DNA of 64,000 bases from Pseudomonas aeruginosa PAO1. GTDB taxonomy: Bacteria; Pseudomonadota; Gammaproteobacteria; Pseudomonadales; Pseudomonadaceae. The position numbers and the translations under genes were made by a program. The stretch's first letter is position 1. The number at the start of each line of letters is the position of its first letter. Below are positions 47,413 to 62,364 of the stretch, piece after piece. The DNA is taken from assembly GCF_000006765.1 (NCBI RefSeq), contig NC_002516.2. One strand, 5' to 3'. The notes under the pieces are model-generated. The model saw only the letters and a list, made by a program, of their open reading frames with translations. It searched no databases and was not told the DNA's origin.

Positions 47413-48546
47413 TCAGATGCGCTGGGTGTCGGTAAGCTGGTATTCCTCGCCGGCATAGTAGGCGCGCACCTTCGGGTCCATCACCGCGCGCCAGAGCGGT
47501 GGGAACAGGGCGAGGACGATCATCCCGGCATAGCCGTTGGGCAGTTGCGGGCTGCTGTCGTAGTGGCGCAGCACCTGGTAGCGGCGCTTGGCGTAGGCAT
47601 GGTGGTCGGAATGGCGCTGCAGGTGGAAAAGGAACAGGTTGGTCAGGAGGAAATTGCTGTTCCACGAGTGTTCCGGCGTGGTGCGTTCGTAGCGGCCGTT
47701 GTCCAGGCGCCGCCGATGCAGGCCGTAGTGCTCGACGTAGTTGACGATCTCCAGCAGGGTGAAGGCCATCACCGACTGGCCGAGGAAGAAGATCGCTCCC
47801 AGCCAGCCGAAGGCCAGGCTGAAGCCGAGCAGGAAGAGGGCGCTGATGGCGTACCACCAGATCAGCTCGTTGCGCCAGTGCAGGGCCGGCAGGCCCTTGC
47901 GCTTCAGGCGCTCGGCCTCCAGGCGCCAGGCGTTGAGGAAGTTGTGCTTGTAGGCGTGCGGGAGGAACGAGTAGAGGCTCTGGCCGTAGCGCGAGGACGA
48001 GGCATCTTCCGGGGTCGAGACGTGTACATGGTGGCCGCGCACGTGTTCGACCTTGAAGCCGGCATAGCACACCGCCGCCAGCAGCAGGCCGCCGGCGTTC
48101 TGTTCCAGTTGCGGGTCCTTGTGGATCAGTTCGTGGGAGACGGTGATGCCGATGGCGCCCATCACGGTGCCCACCGACAGGATCCAGCCCAGTTGGCCGA
48201 CCCAGTCCCAGCGGGTCTCGTGGGCGAGGATCCAGCCGGACCAGACGAGCATGCCCAGCAACAGCGGGACGGTGGCCAGGGACAGTACGCGGTAGTAGCC
48301 CTGTGCTTCCATCTCCGGCACTTCGCTGGCTTCCTCGGGGTTGGCCGGATCGCGGCCGACGATGGCATCGAGGATCGGGATCAGCCCGAACACCACGCTG
48401 ATCACCAGCCAGGGCCAGGCGTTGGGGTAGTCGCTACCGAGCGACCACCAGTAGCTGAGCGGGATGCCGAGCACCGCGATCAGCCAGATCCAGTAGCCGT
48501 ACTTTTTCAGACGCAGCATCCAGGCAGAGGAAAGCGAGGCAAACAT
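47413..48546 (-). CDS. alkB2: Alkane 1-monooxygenase
   Basis: His boxes HELIH, EHVRGHH, NYVEHYG and LQRHSDHHA; TM helices. Confidence 0.93.
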   Translation of the reverse strand: MFASLSSAWMLRLKKYGYWIWLIAVLGIPLSYWWSLGSDYPNAWPWLVISVVFGLIPILDAIVGRDPANPEEASEVPEMEAQGYYRVLSLATVPLLLGMLVWSGWILAHETRWDWVGQLGWILSVGTVMGAIGITVSHELIHKDPQLEQNAGGLLLAAVCYAGFKVEHVRGHHVHVSTPEDASSSRYGQSLYSFLPHAYKHNFLNAWRLEAERLKRKGLPALHWRNELIWWYAISALFLLGFSLAFGWLGAIFFLGQSVMAFTLLEIVNYVEHYGLHRRRLDNGRYERTTPEHSWNSNFLLTNLFLFHLQRHSDHHAYAKRRYQVLRHYDSSPQLPNGYAGMIVLALFPPLWRAVMDPKVRAYYAGEEYQLTDTQRI

Positions 48547-48573
48547 GGGAAGTCCTCGTATTTATCTTGTTAG

Positions 48574-48590
48574 ATTGTCTGACAATTGTC
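48574..48590. promoter_or_regulatory. GntR-type palindromic operator candidate upstream of alkB2
   Basis: ATTGTCTGACAAT overlapping GACAATTGTC. Confidence 0.55.
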
Positions 48591-48726
48591 CTCCCTTGGC
48601 CGGCCTGCCCCATCCCAACCTTCGTTCTGTCCGCCGCTTCGCCGGGAAGCCGGCGGGGTAACGCCCTGTGTTACACTTCCCATCCATATACCCCCGGAAA
48701 ACGCGCCCCTGGATAAAAGGATCACC

Positions 48727-49386
48727 ATGACGTTCAAGGCCCCGGACAGCCTGGCAGAGCAGATCGCCCACCACCTCGCGGAACGCATCATCCGGGGAGA
48801 ACTCAAGGAACGGGAACGTATCCAGGAGCAGAAGGTCACCCAGACCCTCAACGTCAGTCGCGGCTCGGTCCGCGAGGCGCTGCTGATTCTCGAACGCCGC
48901 CACCTGGTGAACATCCTGCCGCGCCGCGGCGCCCAGGTGTCCGAACTGTCCCCGCAACATGTGGAAAGCCTCTACGCGCTGATCGTTCAGCTCTACATCC
49001 TGCTGGCGGAAAGCGTCGCCCGGCGCTGGCGCAGCGAAGCCGAGCTGGCACCGTTCCTGGTCATCCAGCAGCGCCTGCTGAACAACCTGGCGCAAAGCGA
49101 TATCGACGGCTTCGTCGAGGCCAGCTTCGACATCATGCGCGCGGCCTTTCCTTTCGCGAACAATCCCTACCTGCAGGAGACCGTCGAAAACCTGCTGCCG
49201 GCGGTGAGTCGCGCCTACCACCTGGCGCTGGAACGGCGCAAGGCGGAAATGAACCAGTTCCTCGGCAGTTTTGCTCAGCTCCTGCAAGCGGTGATCGCCC
49301 GTGACGAGGCGAGGATCCGCGAGGTCCTGCTGGAATACGGCCGCCACAACTGCCAGCTGGTGCTGGCCGCGCTCGCCGAACGCTGA
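48727..49386 (+). CDS. GntR-family regulator (FCD domain)
   Basis: Start reset to MTFKAPDSLAEQIA; VSRGSVREALLILE HTH; 25 nt upstream of smc. Confidence 0.9.
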   Translation: MTFKAPDSLAEQIAHHLAERIIRGELKERERIQEQKVTQTLNVSRGSVREALLILERRHLVNILPRRGAQVSELSPQHVESLYALIVQLYILLAESVARRWRSEAELAPFLVIQQRLLNNLAQSDIDGFVEASFDIMRAAFPFANNPYLQETVENLLPAVSRAYHLALERRKAEMNQFLGSFAQLLQAVIARDEARIREVLLEYGRHNCQLVLAALAER

Positions 49387-49411
49387 TGGCGACCCTGGCG
49401 GGAGCGCACGC

Positions 49412-52400
49412 ATGCGCCTGAAGAGCATCAAGCTGGCGGGGTTCAAGTCCTTCGTCGATCCGACCACGGTGAACTTCCCCAGCAACATGGCGGCAGTGGT
49501 AGGGCCGAACGGCTGCGGCAAGTCGAACATCATCGACGCGGTGCGCTGGGTGATGGGCGAAAGCTCGGCGAAGAACCTGCGCGGCGAGTCGATGACCGAT
49601 GTCATCTTCAACGGCTCGAATACCCGCAAGCCGGTGAGCCAGGCGAGCATCGAGCTGATCTTCGACAACGCCGAGACCACCCTGGTGGGCGAATACGCCC
49701 AGTACGCCGAGATATCCATTCGCCGGCGGGTCTCGCGGGATGGGCAGAACACCTATTTCCTCAACGGCACCAAGTGCCGGCGGCGCGACATCACCGACAT
49801 CTTCCTCGGCACCGGCCTGGGGCCGCGCAGCTACTCGATCATCGAACAGGGCATGATCTCCAAGCTGATCGAGGCGCGTCCGGAAGACCTGCGCAACTTC
49901 ATCGAGGAAGCCGCGGGCATTTCCAAGTACAAGGAGCGCCGCCGCGAAACCGAAAGCCGCATCCGTCGGACCCAGGAAAACCTGGCACGCCTCACCGACC
50001 TGCGCGAAGAGCTGGGGCGGCAACTGGAACGCCTGCACCGGCAGGCCCAGTCGGCGGAAAAATACCAGGAACACAAGGCCGAGGAGCGCCAGCTCAAGGC
50101 CCAGCTGGGTGCCGTGCGCTGGCGCGACCTGAACGAGCAGGTCGGTCAGCGCGAGCGGGTCATCGGCGACCAGGAGATCGCCTTCGAGGCCCTGGTGGCC
50201 GAGCAGCGTGGTGCCGATGCCGGCATCGAACGGCTGCGCGACGGCCATCACGAGTTGTCCGAACGCTTCAACCAGGTGCAGGCACGCTTCTATTCGGTCG
50301 GCGGCGACATCGCCCGGGTCGAGCAGAGCATCCAGCATGGCCAGCAGCGCCAGCGCCAGTTGCAGGACGACTTGCGCGAAGCCGAACGGACCCGCCAGGA
50401 AACCGAATCGCACCTCGGGCATGACCGTACCTTGCTCGCGACCCTGGCCGAGGAAATGGCCATGCTCGCACCGGAACAGGAACTCAGCGCGGCCGCCGCG
50501 GAAGAAGCGGGCATCGCCCTGGAACAGGCCGAGCAGGGCATGCAGGCCTGGCAGCAGCAGTGGGATGCCTTCAACCAGCAGAGCGCCGAACCCCGCCGCC
50601 AGGCCGAGGTGCAGCAGTCGCGCATCCAGCACCTGGAGCAGAGCCTGGAGCGCCTGCAGGATCGCGAGCGGCGCCTGCAGGAGGAGCGTGGCCAGTTGGC
50701 GGCCGACCCCGAGGACGCGGCGATCCTCGAACTCAACGAACAGGTGGCGATCGCCGAACTGGCCCTGGAAGAACTGCAATTGCAGGAGCAGGGCCAAGCC
50801 GAGCGACTCGAACAATTGCGCCAGGAATTGCAGCAGCTGGCCGCCGAACAGCACCAGGCGCAGGGCGAGTTGCAGCGCCTGAACGGGCGCATCGCTTCGC
50901 TGGAGGCCCTGCAGCAGGCCGCTCTCGATCCCGGACAGGGCGCCTTGGAGTGGTTGCGCGAGCAGGGCCTGGAACAACGTCCGCGCCTCGCCGAAGGCTT
51001 GCGTGTCGAGCCGGGTTGGGAGCTGGCGGTGGAGACCGTGCTCGGCGCGGATCTGCAGGCGGTCTTGCTGGACGGCTTCGACGGGCTCGCCCTGGCCGGC
51101 TTCGGCAAGGGCGAGCTGCGCCTGCTCAGCCCCGCTCGCGGAGCCGCGACGGCGGCCGGTTCGCTGCTGGACAAGGTCCGCGCCGACGCCGACCTGAGTC
51201 CCTGGTTGGCCCGGGTGAAACCGGTGGAGACCCTGGAACAGGCGCTCGCCCAGCGCGGCGCCCTGGACGACGGCGAGAGCCTGATCAGTCGCGATGGCTA
51301 CTGGGTCGGCCGGCACTTCCTGCGGGTCCGGCGCAGCGACGAGGCCCAGGGCGGCATGCTCGCCCGCGCCCAGGAACTGGAGGCGTTGCAGGAGCGGCGG
51401 GAGGCCCTGGAAACCCGTGTCGCCGAAGGCGAGGAGCGTCTGGCTGCGGCCCGCGACGAGCAGCGCGAGCTGGAAGGCGCGCGGGAGCAGGTGCGGCGCC
51501 AGGTCCAGGAGGAGGGGCGCCGGCACGGCGAGCTGAAGGCGCAGTTGTCCGCGCAGCAGGCCAAGGTCGAGCAACTGGTACTGCGTCGCCGCCGTCTCGA
51601 CGAAGAAGTGGCGGAACTGGCCGAGCAGCGCGCGCTGGAACAGGAGCAACTGAGCGAGGCGCGCCTGACCCTGCAGGAAGCGCTGGATAGCATGGCGCTG
51701 GACACCGAGCGCCGGGAATCCCTGCTGGCGGAGCGTGACGCCCTGCGCGAACGGCTCGACCGGATTCGCCAGGATGCCCGCACCCACAAGGACCATGCGC
51801 ACCAGTTGGCGGTGCGGGTCGGCTCGCTGAAGGCGCAGCACAATTCCACCCAGCAGGCCCTGGAGCGCCTCGACCAGCAGTCGGCGCGCCTCAACGAGCG
51901 TTGCGAACAGCTCAACCTCAATCTGGAGGAGGGGGCGGCACCGCTGGAAGAGCTGCGCATGAAGCTCGAGGAGTTGCTGGAGCGGCGGATGGCCGTCGAG
52001 GACGAACTCAAGCAGGCGCGGCTGGCCCTGGAAGACGCCGATCGCGAACTGCGCGAGGTGGAGAAGCGCCGCGGCCAGGCCGAGCAGCAATCGCAACTGC
52101 TGCGTGGCCAGCTGGAGCAGCAGCGCCTGGAGTGGCAGGGGCTGGTGGTGCGGCGCAAAGCCTTGCAGGAGCAGCTCGCCGAAGACGGCTACGACCTGCA
52201 TACGGTACTGGCCAACCTGCCCCTGGATGCCAGCGAACGCGATTGGGAGGAGCGTCTCGAGAGTCTCGCGGCGCGCATCCAGCGTCTGGGGCCGATCAAC
52301 CTGGCGGCGATCGAGGAGTACCAGCAGCAGTCCGAGCGCAAGCGCTACCTGGACTCGCAGAACGACGACCTGGCCGAAGCGCTGGAGACGCTGGAAAACG

Positions 52401-52900
52401 TCATCCGCAAGATCGACCGGGAAACCCGCAATCGTTTCAAGGAAACCTTCGACCAGATCAATGCTGGCCTTCAGGCATTGTTCCCGAAGGTATTCGGCGG
52501 CGGTACGGCATATCTGGAACTTACCGGCGAAGATCTACTCGATACCGGTGTGGCGATCATGGCGCGCCCGCCGGGCAAGAAGAACAGCACCATCCACTTG
52601 TTGTCCGGCGGGGAAAAGGCGCTGACCGCGCTGGCGCTGGTATTCGCCATCTTCCAGTTGAACCCGGCGCCGTTCTGCATGCTCGACGAAGTCGATGCGC
52701 CATTGGACGATGCCAACGTCGGACGTTATGCGCGATTGGTGAAGGAGATGTCGGAAAAGGTGCAGTTCATCTATATCACCCACAACAAGATCGCCATGGA
52801 AATGGCCGATCAGTTGATGGGCGTGACCATGCATGAGCCGGGCTGTTCACGGCTTGTTGCAGTTGACGTGGAAGAGGCGGTCGCATTGGCTGAAGCCTGA
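49412..52900 (+). CDS. smc: Chromosome partition protein SMC
   Basis: Start MRLKSIKLAGFKSF; Walker A GPNGCGKSN; long coiled coils; LSGGEK; LDEVDAPLD. Confidence 0.97.
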   Translation: MRLKSIKLAGFKSFVDPTTVNFPSNMAAVVGPNGCGKSNIIDAVRWVMGESSAKNLRGESMTDVIFNGSNTRKPVSQASIELIFDNAETTLVGEYAQYAEISIRRRVSRDGQNTYFLNGTKCRRRDITDIFLGTGLGPRSYSIIEQGMISKLIEARPEDLRNFIEEAAGISKYKERRRETESRIRRTQENLARLTDLREELGRQLERLHRQAQSAEKYQEHKAEERQLKAQLGAVRWRDLNEQVGQRERVIGDQEIAFEALVAEQRGADAGIERLRDGHHELSERFNQVQARFYSVGGDIARVEQSIQHGQQRQRQLQDDLREAERTRQETESHLGHDRTLLATLAEEMAMLAPEQELSAAAAEEAGIALEQAEQGMQAWQQQWDAFNQQSAEPRRQAEVQQSRIQHLEQSLERLQDRERRLQEERGQLAADPEDAAILELNEQVAIAELALEELQLQEQGQAERLEQLRQELQQLAAEQHQAQGELQRLNGRIASLEALQQAALDPGQGALEWLREQGLEQRPRLAEGLRVEPGWELAVETVLGADLQAVLLDGFDGLALAGFGKGELRLLSPARGAATAAGSLLDKVRADADLSPWLARVKPVETLEQALAQRGALDDGESLISRDGYWVGRHFLRVRRSDEAQGGMLARAQELEALQERREALETRVAEGEERLAAARDEQRELEGAREQVRRQVQEEGRRHGELKAQLSAQQAKVEQLVLRRRRLDEEVAELAEQRALEQEQLSEARLTLQEALDSMALDTERRESLLAERDALRERLDRIRQDARTHKDHAHQLAVRVGSLKAQHNSTQQALERLDQQSARLNERCEQLNLNLEEGAAPLEELRMKLEELLERRMAVEDELKQARLALEDADRELREVEKRRGQAEQQSQLLRGQLEQQRLEWQGLVVRRKALQEQLAEDGYDLHTVLANLPLDASERDWEERLESLAARIQRLGPINLAAIEEYQQQSERKRYLDSQNDDLAEALETLENVIRKIDRETRNRFKETFDQINAGLQALFPKVFGGGTAYLELTGEDLLDTGVAIMARPPGKKNSTIHLLSGGEKALTALALVFAIFQLNPAPFCMLDEVDAPLDDANVGRYARLVKEMSEKVQFIYITHNKIAMEMADQLMGVTMHEPGCSRLVAVDVEEAVALAEA

Positions 52901-53064
52901 GTGTCAGGCAGTGTAAACTTGTGCATGGGCATGTTAGTTTAATGGCCACTTTTTGTATCGCGTGGGAAAGTTCTGTCAGAACAAGGTTGGCTCCACGTTT
53001 CAAGGGACAGGACGTCCTTTTTTCATTTTTTATTCACCATTTTCACTAGGGGCTACGGAATTAC

Positions 53065-53934
53065 ATGGATATCGGTCTGCGCGAATGGCTTATCGTTATC
53101 GGGCTTATCGTGATCGCCGGCATTCTCTTCGACGGTTGGCGGCGGATGCGGGGCGGCAAGGGCAAGTTGAAGTTCAAGCTCGACCGCAGTTTCGCCAATC
53201 TGCCGGACGACGACGGCGACTCGGCTGAACTGCTGGGGCCGGCGCGCGTGGTCGAGCATCGCGAGCCATCCTTCGACGAACAGGACCTGCCCAGCGTCAG
53301 CGCCCGCGAAGCCAAGGAACGCAAGGGCGGCAAGCGCCAGGAAGAGCCGCGCCAGGGCGATCTGGACCTCGACGAGGGGCTGGCCCTGGAGGCGGACCCG
53401 AGCGATGCCGCCGAGACGGTGGAGCCGCGCAAGGGCAAGTCGAAGGGCCGCAAGGAGAAAGAGCGGGAGAAAGCCCCTGCGGTTGCTGCCGAACCTGCCC
53501 CGGTCGACGAGGTGCTGATCATCAACGTCATCGCCCGCGACGAGAGCGGCTTCAAGGGGCCGGCATTGTTGCAGAACATCCTCGAGAGCGGCCTGCGCTT
53601 CGGCGACATGGACATCTTCCATCGCCACGAAAGCATGGCCGGCAATGGCGAGATCCTGTTCTCCATGGCCAATGCGGTGAAACCGGGCACTTTCGACCTG
53701 GACGACATCGACAACTTCAGCACCCGCGCCGTGAGCTTCTTCCTCGGCCTGCCGGGGCCGCGCCATCCGAAGCAGGCCTTCGACGTGATGGTTGCCGCCG
53801 CGCGCAAGCTGGCCCACGAGCTGAACGGCGAGCTGAAGGACGAGCAGCGCAGCGTGTTGACCGCCCAGACCATCGAGCACTACCGCCAGCGCATCATCGA
53901 CCATGAGCGTCGCAGCCTGATGCAGAAGCGCTGA
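53065..53934 (+). CDS. zipA: Cell division protein ZipA
   Basis: N-terminal TM anchor, charged linker, C-terminal FtsZ-binding domain (IFHRH, FSMAN..KPGTFD, F..M). Confidence 0.93.
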   Translation: MDIGLREWLIVIGLIVIAGILFDGWRRMRGGKGKLKFKLDRSFANLPDDDGDSAELLGPARVVEHREPSFDEQDLPSVSAREAKERKGGKRQEEPRQGDLDLDEGLALEADPSDAAETVEPRKGKSKGRKEKEREKAPAVAAEPAPVDEVLIINVIARDESGFKGPALLQNILESGLRFGDMDIFHRHESMAGNGEILFSMANAVKPGTFDLDDIDNFSTRAVSFFLGLPGPRHPKQAFDVMVAAARKLAHELNGELKDEQRSVLTAQTIEHYRQRIIDHERRSLMQKR

Positions 53935-56409
<2,475 letters not shown>

Positions 56410-56454
56410 AGCGGCGGCGCTGCTGCGAAAGATTTCCGAAGACTGGAGTTAACG

Positions 56455-56832
56455 ATGGACAAGGCAAGAAAGCAGCGGTTGCTGGGCGTGCTCGCATTGG
56501 TGGTGCTGTTCGGCGCCTACGTGGGTTGGAGCGAGCGGCCGCGCATCCTGCTGCATTACAGTGGCCAGGCTTCGGCGCCGATCGCCTACAGCTACAAGGA
56601 GCAGGGCGTGGAAACCTTCTCCGGGGAGATCCGGCCCGGCCAGGTCCGCGAGTTTCCGGTGAAGCTGTTCGGCGGCAGCGATTACCGGATCGCCTTCTCC
56701 TTCCATCGCGGTGAGGAGAAGTATGCGTCGTTCAGCACCAAGCCGGGCTGGGGCACCCTGGACCTGTATGTCGATACCGAGCTGAGCGTATCGACCCAGC
56801 CGCCGCCGGAGGGTCTGATCCAGCAGCAATGA
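56455..56832 (+). CDS. Hypothetical membrane-anchored protein
   Basis: GGAG RBS; N-terminal hydrophobic helix; typical codon usage. Confidence 0.65.
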   Translation: MDKARKQRLLGVLALVVLFGAYVGWSERPRILLHYSGQASAPIAYSYKEQGVETFSGEIRPGQVREFPVKLFGGSDYRIAFSFHRGEEKYASFSTKPGWGTLDLYVDTELSVSTQPPPEGLIQQQ

Positions 56833-56934
56833 ACCGCTTTCGCGAAATGGATTGCAAACGTAAGTGCTTGAAGTGGTTGTAACTTACGCGCAAGCCGGTA
56901 GAATGGCGCGGCCTACCCGAGGGTAGGCTGCAAT

Positions 56935-57044
56935 GGTGGCCCTGTCGGTCCCCCCGCAACGATTACCCGTCAACCTGGTCAGGTCCGGAAGGAAGCAGCC
57001 ACAGCGGGAACATCGTGTGCCGGGGTGTGGCTGGCGGGGCCGCC
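56935..57044 (+). ncRNA. ffs: Signal recognition particle 4.5S RNA
   Basis: Domain IV motif CAGGTCCGGAAGGAAGCAGC; ends pair (GGTGGCCC/GGGCCGCC); TTGTAA-16-TAGAAT promoter upstream; linked to dnaX-ybaB-recR. Confidence 0.95.
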
Positions 57045-57085
57045 TCCATTTCAGGCCCGCCATTTTCCGCACGCCGCCGCCGTTC

Positions 57086-57859
57086 TTATCGGTAGCGCTG
57101 CAGTATCTCCTCGATCTCTCCGCTGCGCTTCATTTCCTCGAACGTCTTCAGTATCGCTTCCACCGGAACCTCTGCGGAGTCCCGCACCATGCAGCTCACC
57201 GCCGTCTCTTCGAGCTGCGCGGCTTCCTGGAGTGGCGGCTGCCCCGGCGCCTGGCGGTTGCTCCAGTGCAGCGACAGTTGATGGCTGACCGCGTAGCGGT
57301 AGCGGCCGGCGCGCAGCTTTTCCAGCACCAGATCCTGGGTGCGCGCATCGTCGCGGCGCAGTCGGCCGATGTCGAACAGCGCTTGCAAGCGGGGATAGCT
57401 GTAGCCAAGGACGGTACCGATACGCTGGGCCGGCAGCGCCTCGGGAATCGGCGCGAAGCCTTCGCGGGCGACCAGGATGTCGCGTTGCACCAGCAGCGCG
57501 ACGCTCCAGCGATAGCCGGGGAAGTCGTGGCTGAGCCAGGCGGGGCTGATGTAGCAGCGGACATCGATTTCGCCAGCGTTCATCGCCTGCTCGATGCGCC
57601 CGCGCGGGTAGGGGTGGTAGAGCGCCTTGCGGCCGACCTGCCGGGCAAGGGAGCGGGTGATGTCGTAGACAATGCCGTCGATCGGCTGGCCCCGTTGCAG
57701 GCGGACCAACGGCATGCTCCAGCTTTCCATCACCGAGAAGCGCAATGGCGTCGCGTCGGTCTCCGCGGCCGTCGCTGGCAGGGCCGCGAGCAACTGCAGC
57801 AGGAGCAGTGCAGGTGCGCCGAAATGAGGCATGAACGATGTCAGGGAAGGTAGAGTCAT
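57086..57859 (-). CDS. Orphan periplasmic substrate-binding protein (family 3-like); start uncertain (57859 or 57832)
   Basis: Signal peptide; GIVYDI, PRGRIEQAM..GEID, IGTVLGYSY, L.AGRY.YAV. Confidence 0.75.
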   Translation of the reverse strand: MTLPSLTSFMPHFGAPALLLLQLLAALPATAAETDATPLRFSVMESWSMPLVRLQRGQPIDGIVYDITRSLARQVGRKALYHPYPRGRIEQAMNAGEIDVRCYISPAWLSHDFPGYRWSVALLVQRDILVAREGFAPIPEALPAQRIGTVLGYSYPRLQALFDIGRLRRDDARTQDLVLEKLRAGRYRYAVSHQLSLHWSNRQAPGQPPLQEAAQLEETAVSCMVRDSAEVPVEAILKTFEEMKRSGEIEEILQRYR

Positions 57860-57988
57860 TGCCACCGACGAGGGCTGCTGAAGGGCCAGGGGAATTCTTA
57901 GCACGCAGTTTGCCAAGTCGGCGAGCGCAGAAGGGGTAAATTGCGCTAGCATTGGCCGACTTGTGCTTCCCTTCTGCGACGGTTTTCG

Positions 57989-60034
<2,046 letters not shown>

Positions 60035-60079
60035 CCGGCGCTTGGCGCACGCAACAAGACGACATTCGAGGTGAAGAAC

Positions 60080-60406
60080 ATGATGAAAGGTGGCATGGCC
60101 GGCCTGATGAAGCAGGCGCAGCAGATGCAGGAAAAGATGCAGAAGATGCAGGAAGAACTGGCCAACGCCGAAGTGACCGGGCAATCCGGCGCCGGTCTGG
60201 TCAGTGTGGTGATGACCGGGCGCCACGACGTCAAGCGCGTCAGCCTGGACGACAGCCTGATGCAGGAAGACAAGGAAATCCTCGAAGACCTGATCGCGGC
60301 CGCGGTCAACGATGCGGTGCGCAAGATCGAGCAGAACAACCAGGAAAAGATGTCCGGCTTCACCTCGGGCATGCAACTGCCGCCCGGCTTCAAGATGCCC
60401 TTCTGA
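60080..60406 (+). CDS. ybaB: YbaB/EbfC nucleoid-associated protein
   Basis: [26 protein letters not shown]; GAGGTG RBS. Confidence 0.94.
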   Translation: MMKGGMAGLMKQAQQMQEKMQKMQEELANAEVTGQSGAGLVSVVMTGRHDVKRVSLDDSLMQEDKEILEDLIAAAVNDAVRKIEQNNQEKMSGFTSGMQLPPGFKMPF

Positions 60407-60484
60407 TCCCGCGTTCGTGCCGGGTCCGCCTTCTTCGGACGGCGCCCGGCAGCCATTCCCCTCCCTCTATCCGACGAGTCCTGC

Positions 60485-61081
60485 ATGAGTTTCAGCCCGC
60501 TGATCCGCCAACTGATCGAGTCCCTGCGCATTCTTCCCGGTGTCGGGCAGAAGTCGGCCCAGCGCATGGCGCTGATGCTGCTGGAGCGCGATCGCAGCGG
60601 CGGCCTGAAGCTGGCCCAGGCGTTGACCGCCGCGATGGAAGGGGTCGGTCATTGCCGGCAGTGCCGTACCCTCAGCGAGGAGGAGTTGTGCCCGCAGTGC
60701 GCCGACCCGCGACGCGACGACTCGCTGCTCTGCGTGGTGGAAGGCCCGCTGGACGTATTCGCGGTGGAGCAGACCGGCTACCGCGGCCGCTATTTCGTGC
60801 TCAAGGGACACCTGTCGCCGCTCGACGGCCTGGGGCCGGAGGCGATCGGCATTCCCGAACTGGAAGCGCGGATCAGGGACGGAGCCTTCAGCGAGGTGAT
60901 CCTCGCCACCAACCCCACCGTCGAAGGCGAGGCCACCGCCCACTATATCGCCCAGCTACTGGCCGGCCGCGGCCTGACCTTGTCGCGTATCGCCCATGGC
61001 GTGCCGCTGGGCGGCGAGCTGGAGCTGGTCGATGGCGGCACCTTGGCCCACGCCCTGGCCGGACGGCGGCCGATCTCCTGA
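60485..61081 (+). CDS. recR: Recombination protein RecR
   Basis: [11 protein letters not shown]4 zinc finger, [17 protein letters not shown]. Confidence 0.96.
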   Translation: MSFSPLIRQLIESLRILPGVGQKSAQRMALMLLERDRSGGLKLAQALTAAMEGVGHCRQCRTLSEEELCPQCADPRRDDSLLCVVEGPLDVFAVEQTGYRGRYFVLKGHLSPLDGLGPEAIGIPELEARIRDGAFSEVILATNPTVEGEATAHYIAQLLAGRGLTLSRIAHGVPLGGELELVDGGTLAHALAGRRPIS

Positions 61082-61203
61082 GCTCTGTGCCTCCCGTATC
61101 CGTAGGACGGGCGGCCTATACGCCCTCGCCGATGGCCAGTTTCCCGTATTGAAAACCAAGCAAGCGCTAGGTAAGTTCTGAGGCTCCCATCAGGAGCCCG
61201 GCC

Positions 61204-62352
61204 ATGACTGACTTCCAGCAGTACTTCGACGAGTCCCATCAACTGATCCGGGATTCGGTTCGCCGTTTCGTCGAGCGCGAGGTGTTGCCGTACATCGATG
61301 AATGGGAGGAGGCCGAGGAATTTCCCCGCGAACTCTATCTCAAGGCCGGCGCGGCCGGGATCCTCGGCATCGGCTACCCGGAAGCCTACGGCGGCAGTTG
61401 CGAAGGCGATCTGTTCGCCAAGGTGGCGGCCAGCGAAGAGCTCATGCGCTGCGGTTCCGGCGGCTTGGTCGCCGGGTTGGGATCGCTGGATATCGGCTTG
61501 CCTCCGGTGGTCAAGTGGGCCCGTCCCGAGGTGCGCGAGCGGGTAGTGCCGGCGGTGCTGCGCGGCGAGAAGATCATGGCCCTGGCGGTCACCGAGCCCT
61601 CTGGCGGCTCCGACGTGGCCAACCTGAAGACCCGTGCGGTGCGCGATGGCGATCACTATCGCGTCAGCGGCAGCAAGACCTTCATCACCAGCGGCGTGCG
61701 CGCGGACTACTACACGGTGGCGGTGCGTACCGGCGGCGAGGGTTTCGCCGGCATCAGCCTGCTGCTGGTGGAGAAGGGCACTGCCGGGTTCAGTGTCGGC
61801 CGCAAGCTGAAGAAGATGGGCTGGTGGGCGTCGGATACCGCCGAACTGTTCTTCGACGACTGCCGGGTGCCTGCGGAAAACCTCATCGGCGTGGAGAATG
61901 CCGGCTTCGCCTGCATCATGGCCAATTTCCAGAGCGAGCGCCTGGCCCTGGCGGTGATGGCCAACATGACCGCGCAACTGGCTCTGGAGGAGTCGCTGCG
62001 CTGGGCGCGCGAGCGAGAAGCGTTCGGCAAACCGATCGGCAAGTTCCAGGTGCTGCGCCATCGTCTCGCGGAAATGGCCACGCAACTGGAGGTTTCCCGG
62101 GAGTTCACCTATCGCCAGGCAGCGAAGATGGCCGCCGGCAAGAGCGTGATCAAGGAGATATCGATGGCCAAGAACTTCGCCACCGATGTCGCCGATCGCC
62201 TGACCTATGATGCCGTGCAGGTGCTCGGCGGCATGGGCTACATGCGCGAAAGCCTGGTGGAGCGGCTGTATCGCGACAACCGGATTCTCTCCATCGGCGG
62301 CGGTTCGCGGGAAATCATGAACGAGATCATCGGCAAGCAGATGGGGTTGTAG
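61204..62352 (+). CDS. Acyl-CoA dehydrogenase (AtuD-like)
   Basis: ALAVTEPSGGSD, GSKTFITSG, KMGWWASDT, RE.FGKPI, GG.GY...ER.YRD, IGGGS.EIM. Confidence 0.92.
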   Translation: MTDFQQYFDESHQLIRDSVRRFVEREVLPYIDEWEEAEEFPRELYLKAGAAGILGIGYPEAYGGSCEGDLFAKVAASEELMRCGSGGLVAGLGSLDIGLPPVVKWARPEVRERVVPAVLRGEKIMALAVTEPSGGSDVANLKTRAVRDGDHYRVSGSKTFITSGVRADYYTVAVRTGGEGFAGISLLLVEKGTAGFSVGRKLKKMGWWASDTAELFFDDCRVPAENLIGVENAGFACIMANFQSERLALAVMANMTAQLALEESLRWAREREAFGKPIGKFQVLRHRLAEMATQLEVSREFTYRQAAKMAAGKSVIKEISMAKNFATDVADRLTYDAVQVLGGMGYMRESLVERLYRDNRILSIGGGSREIMNEIIGKQMGL

Positions 62353-62364
62353 GGCCGCGTTCTA

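Noticed and set aside
52991-53004. CTCCACGTTTCAAG near smc as a parS site
   Set aside because: Only a partial match to the GTTCCACGTGGAAC palindrome
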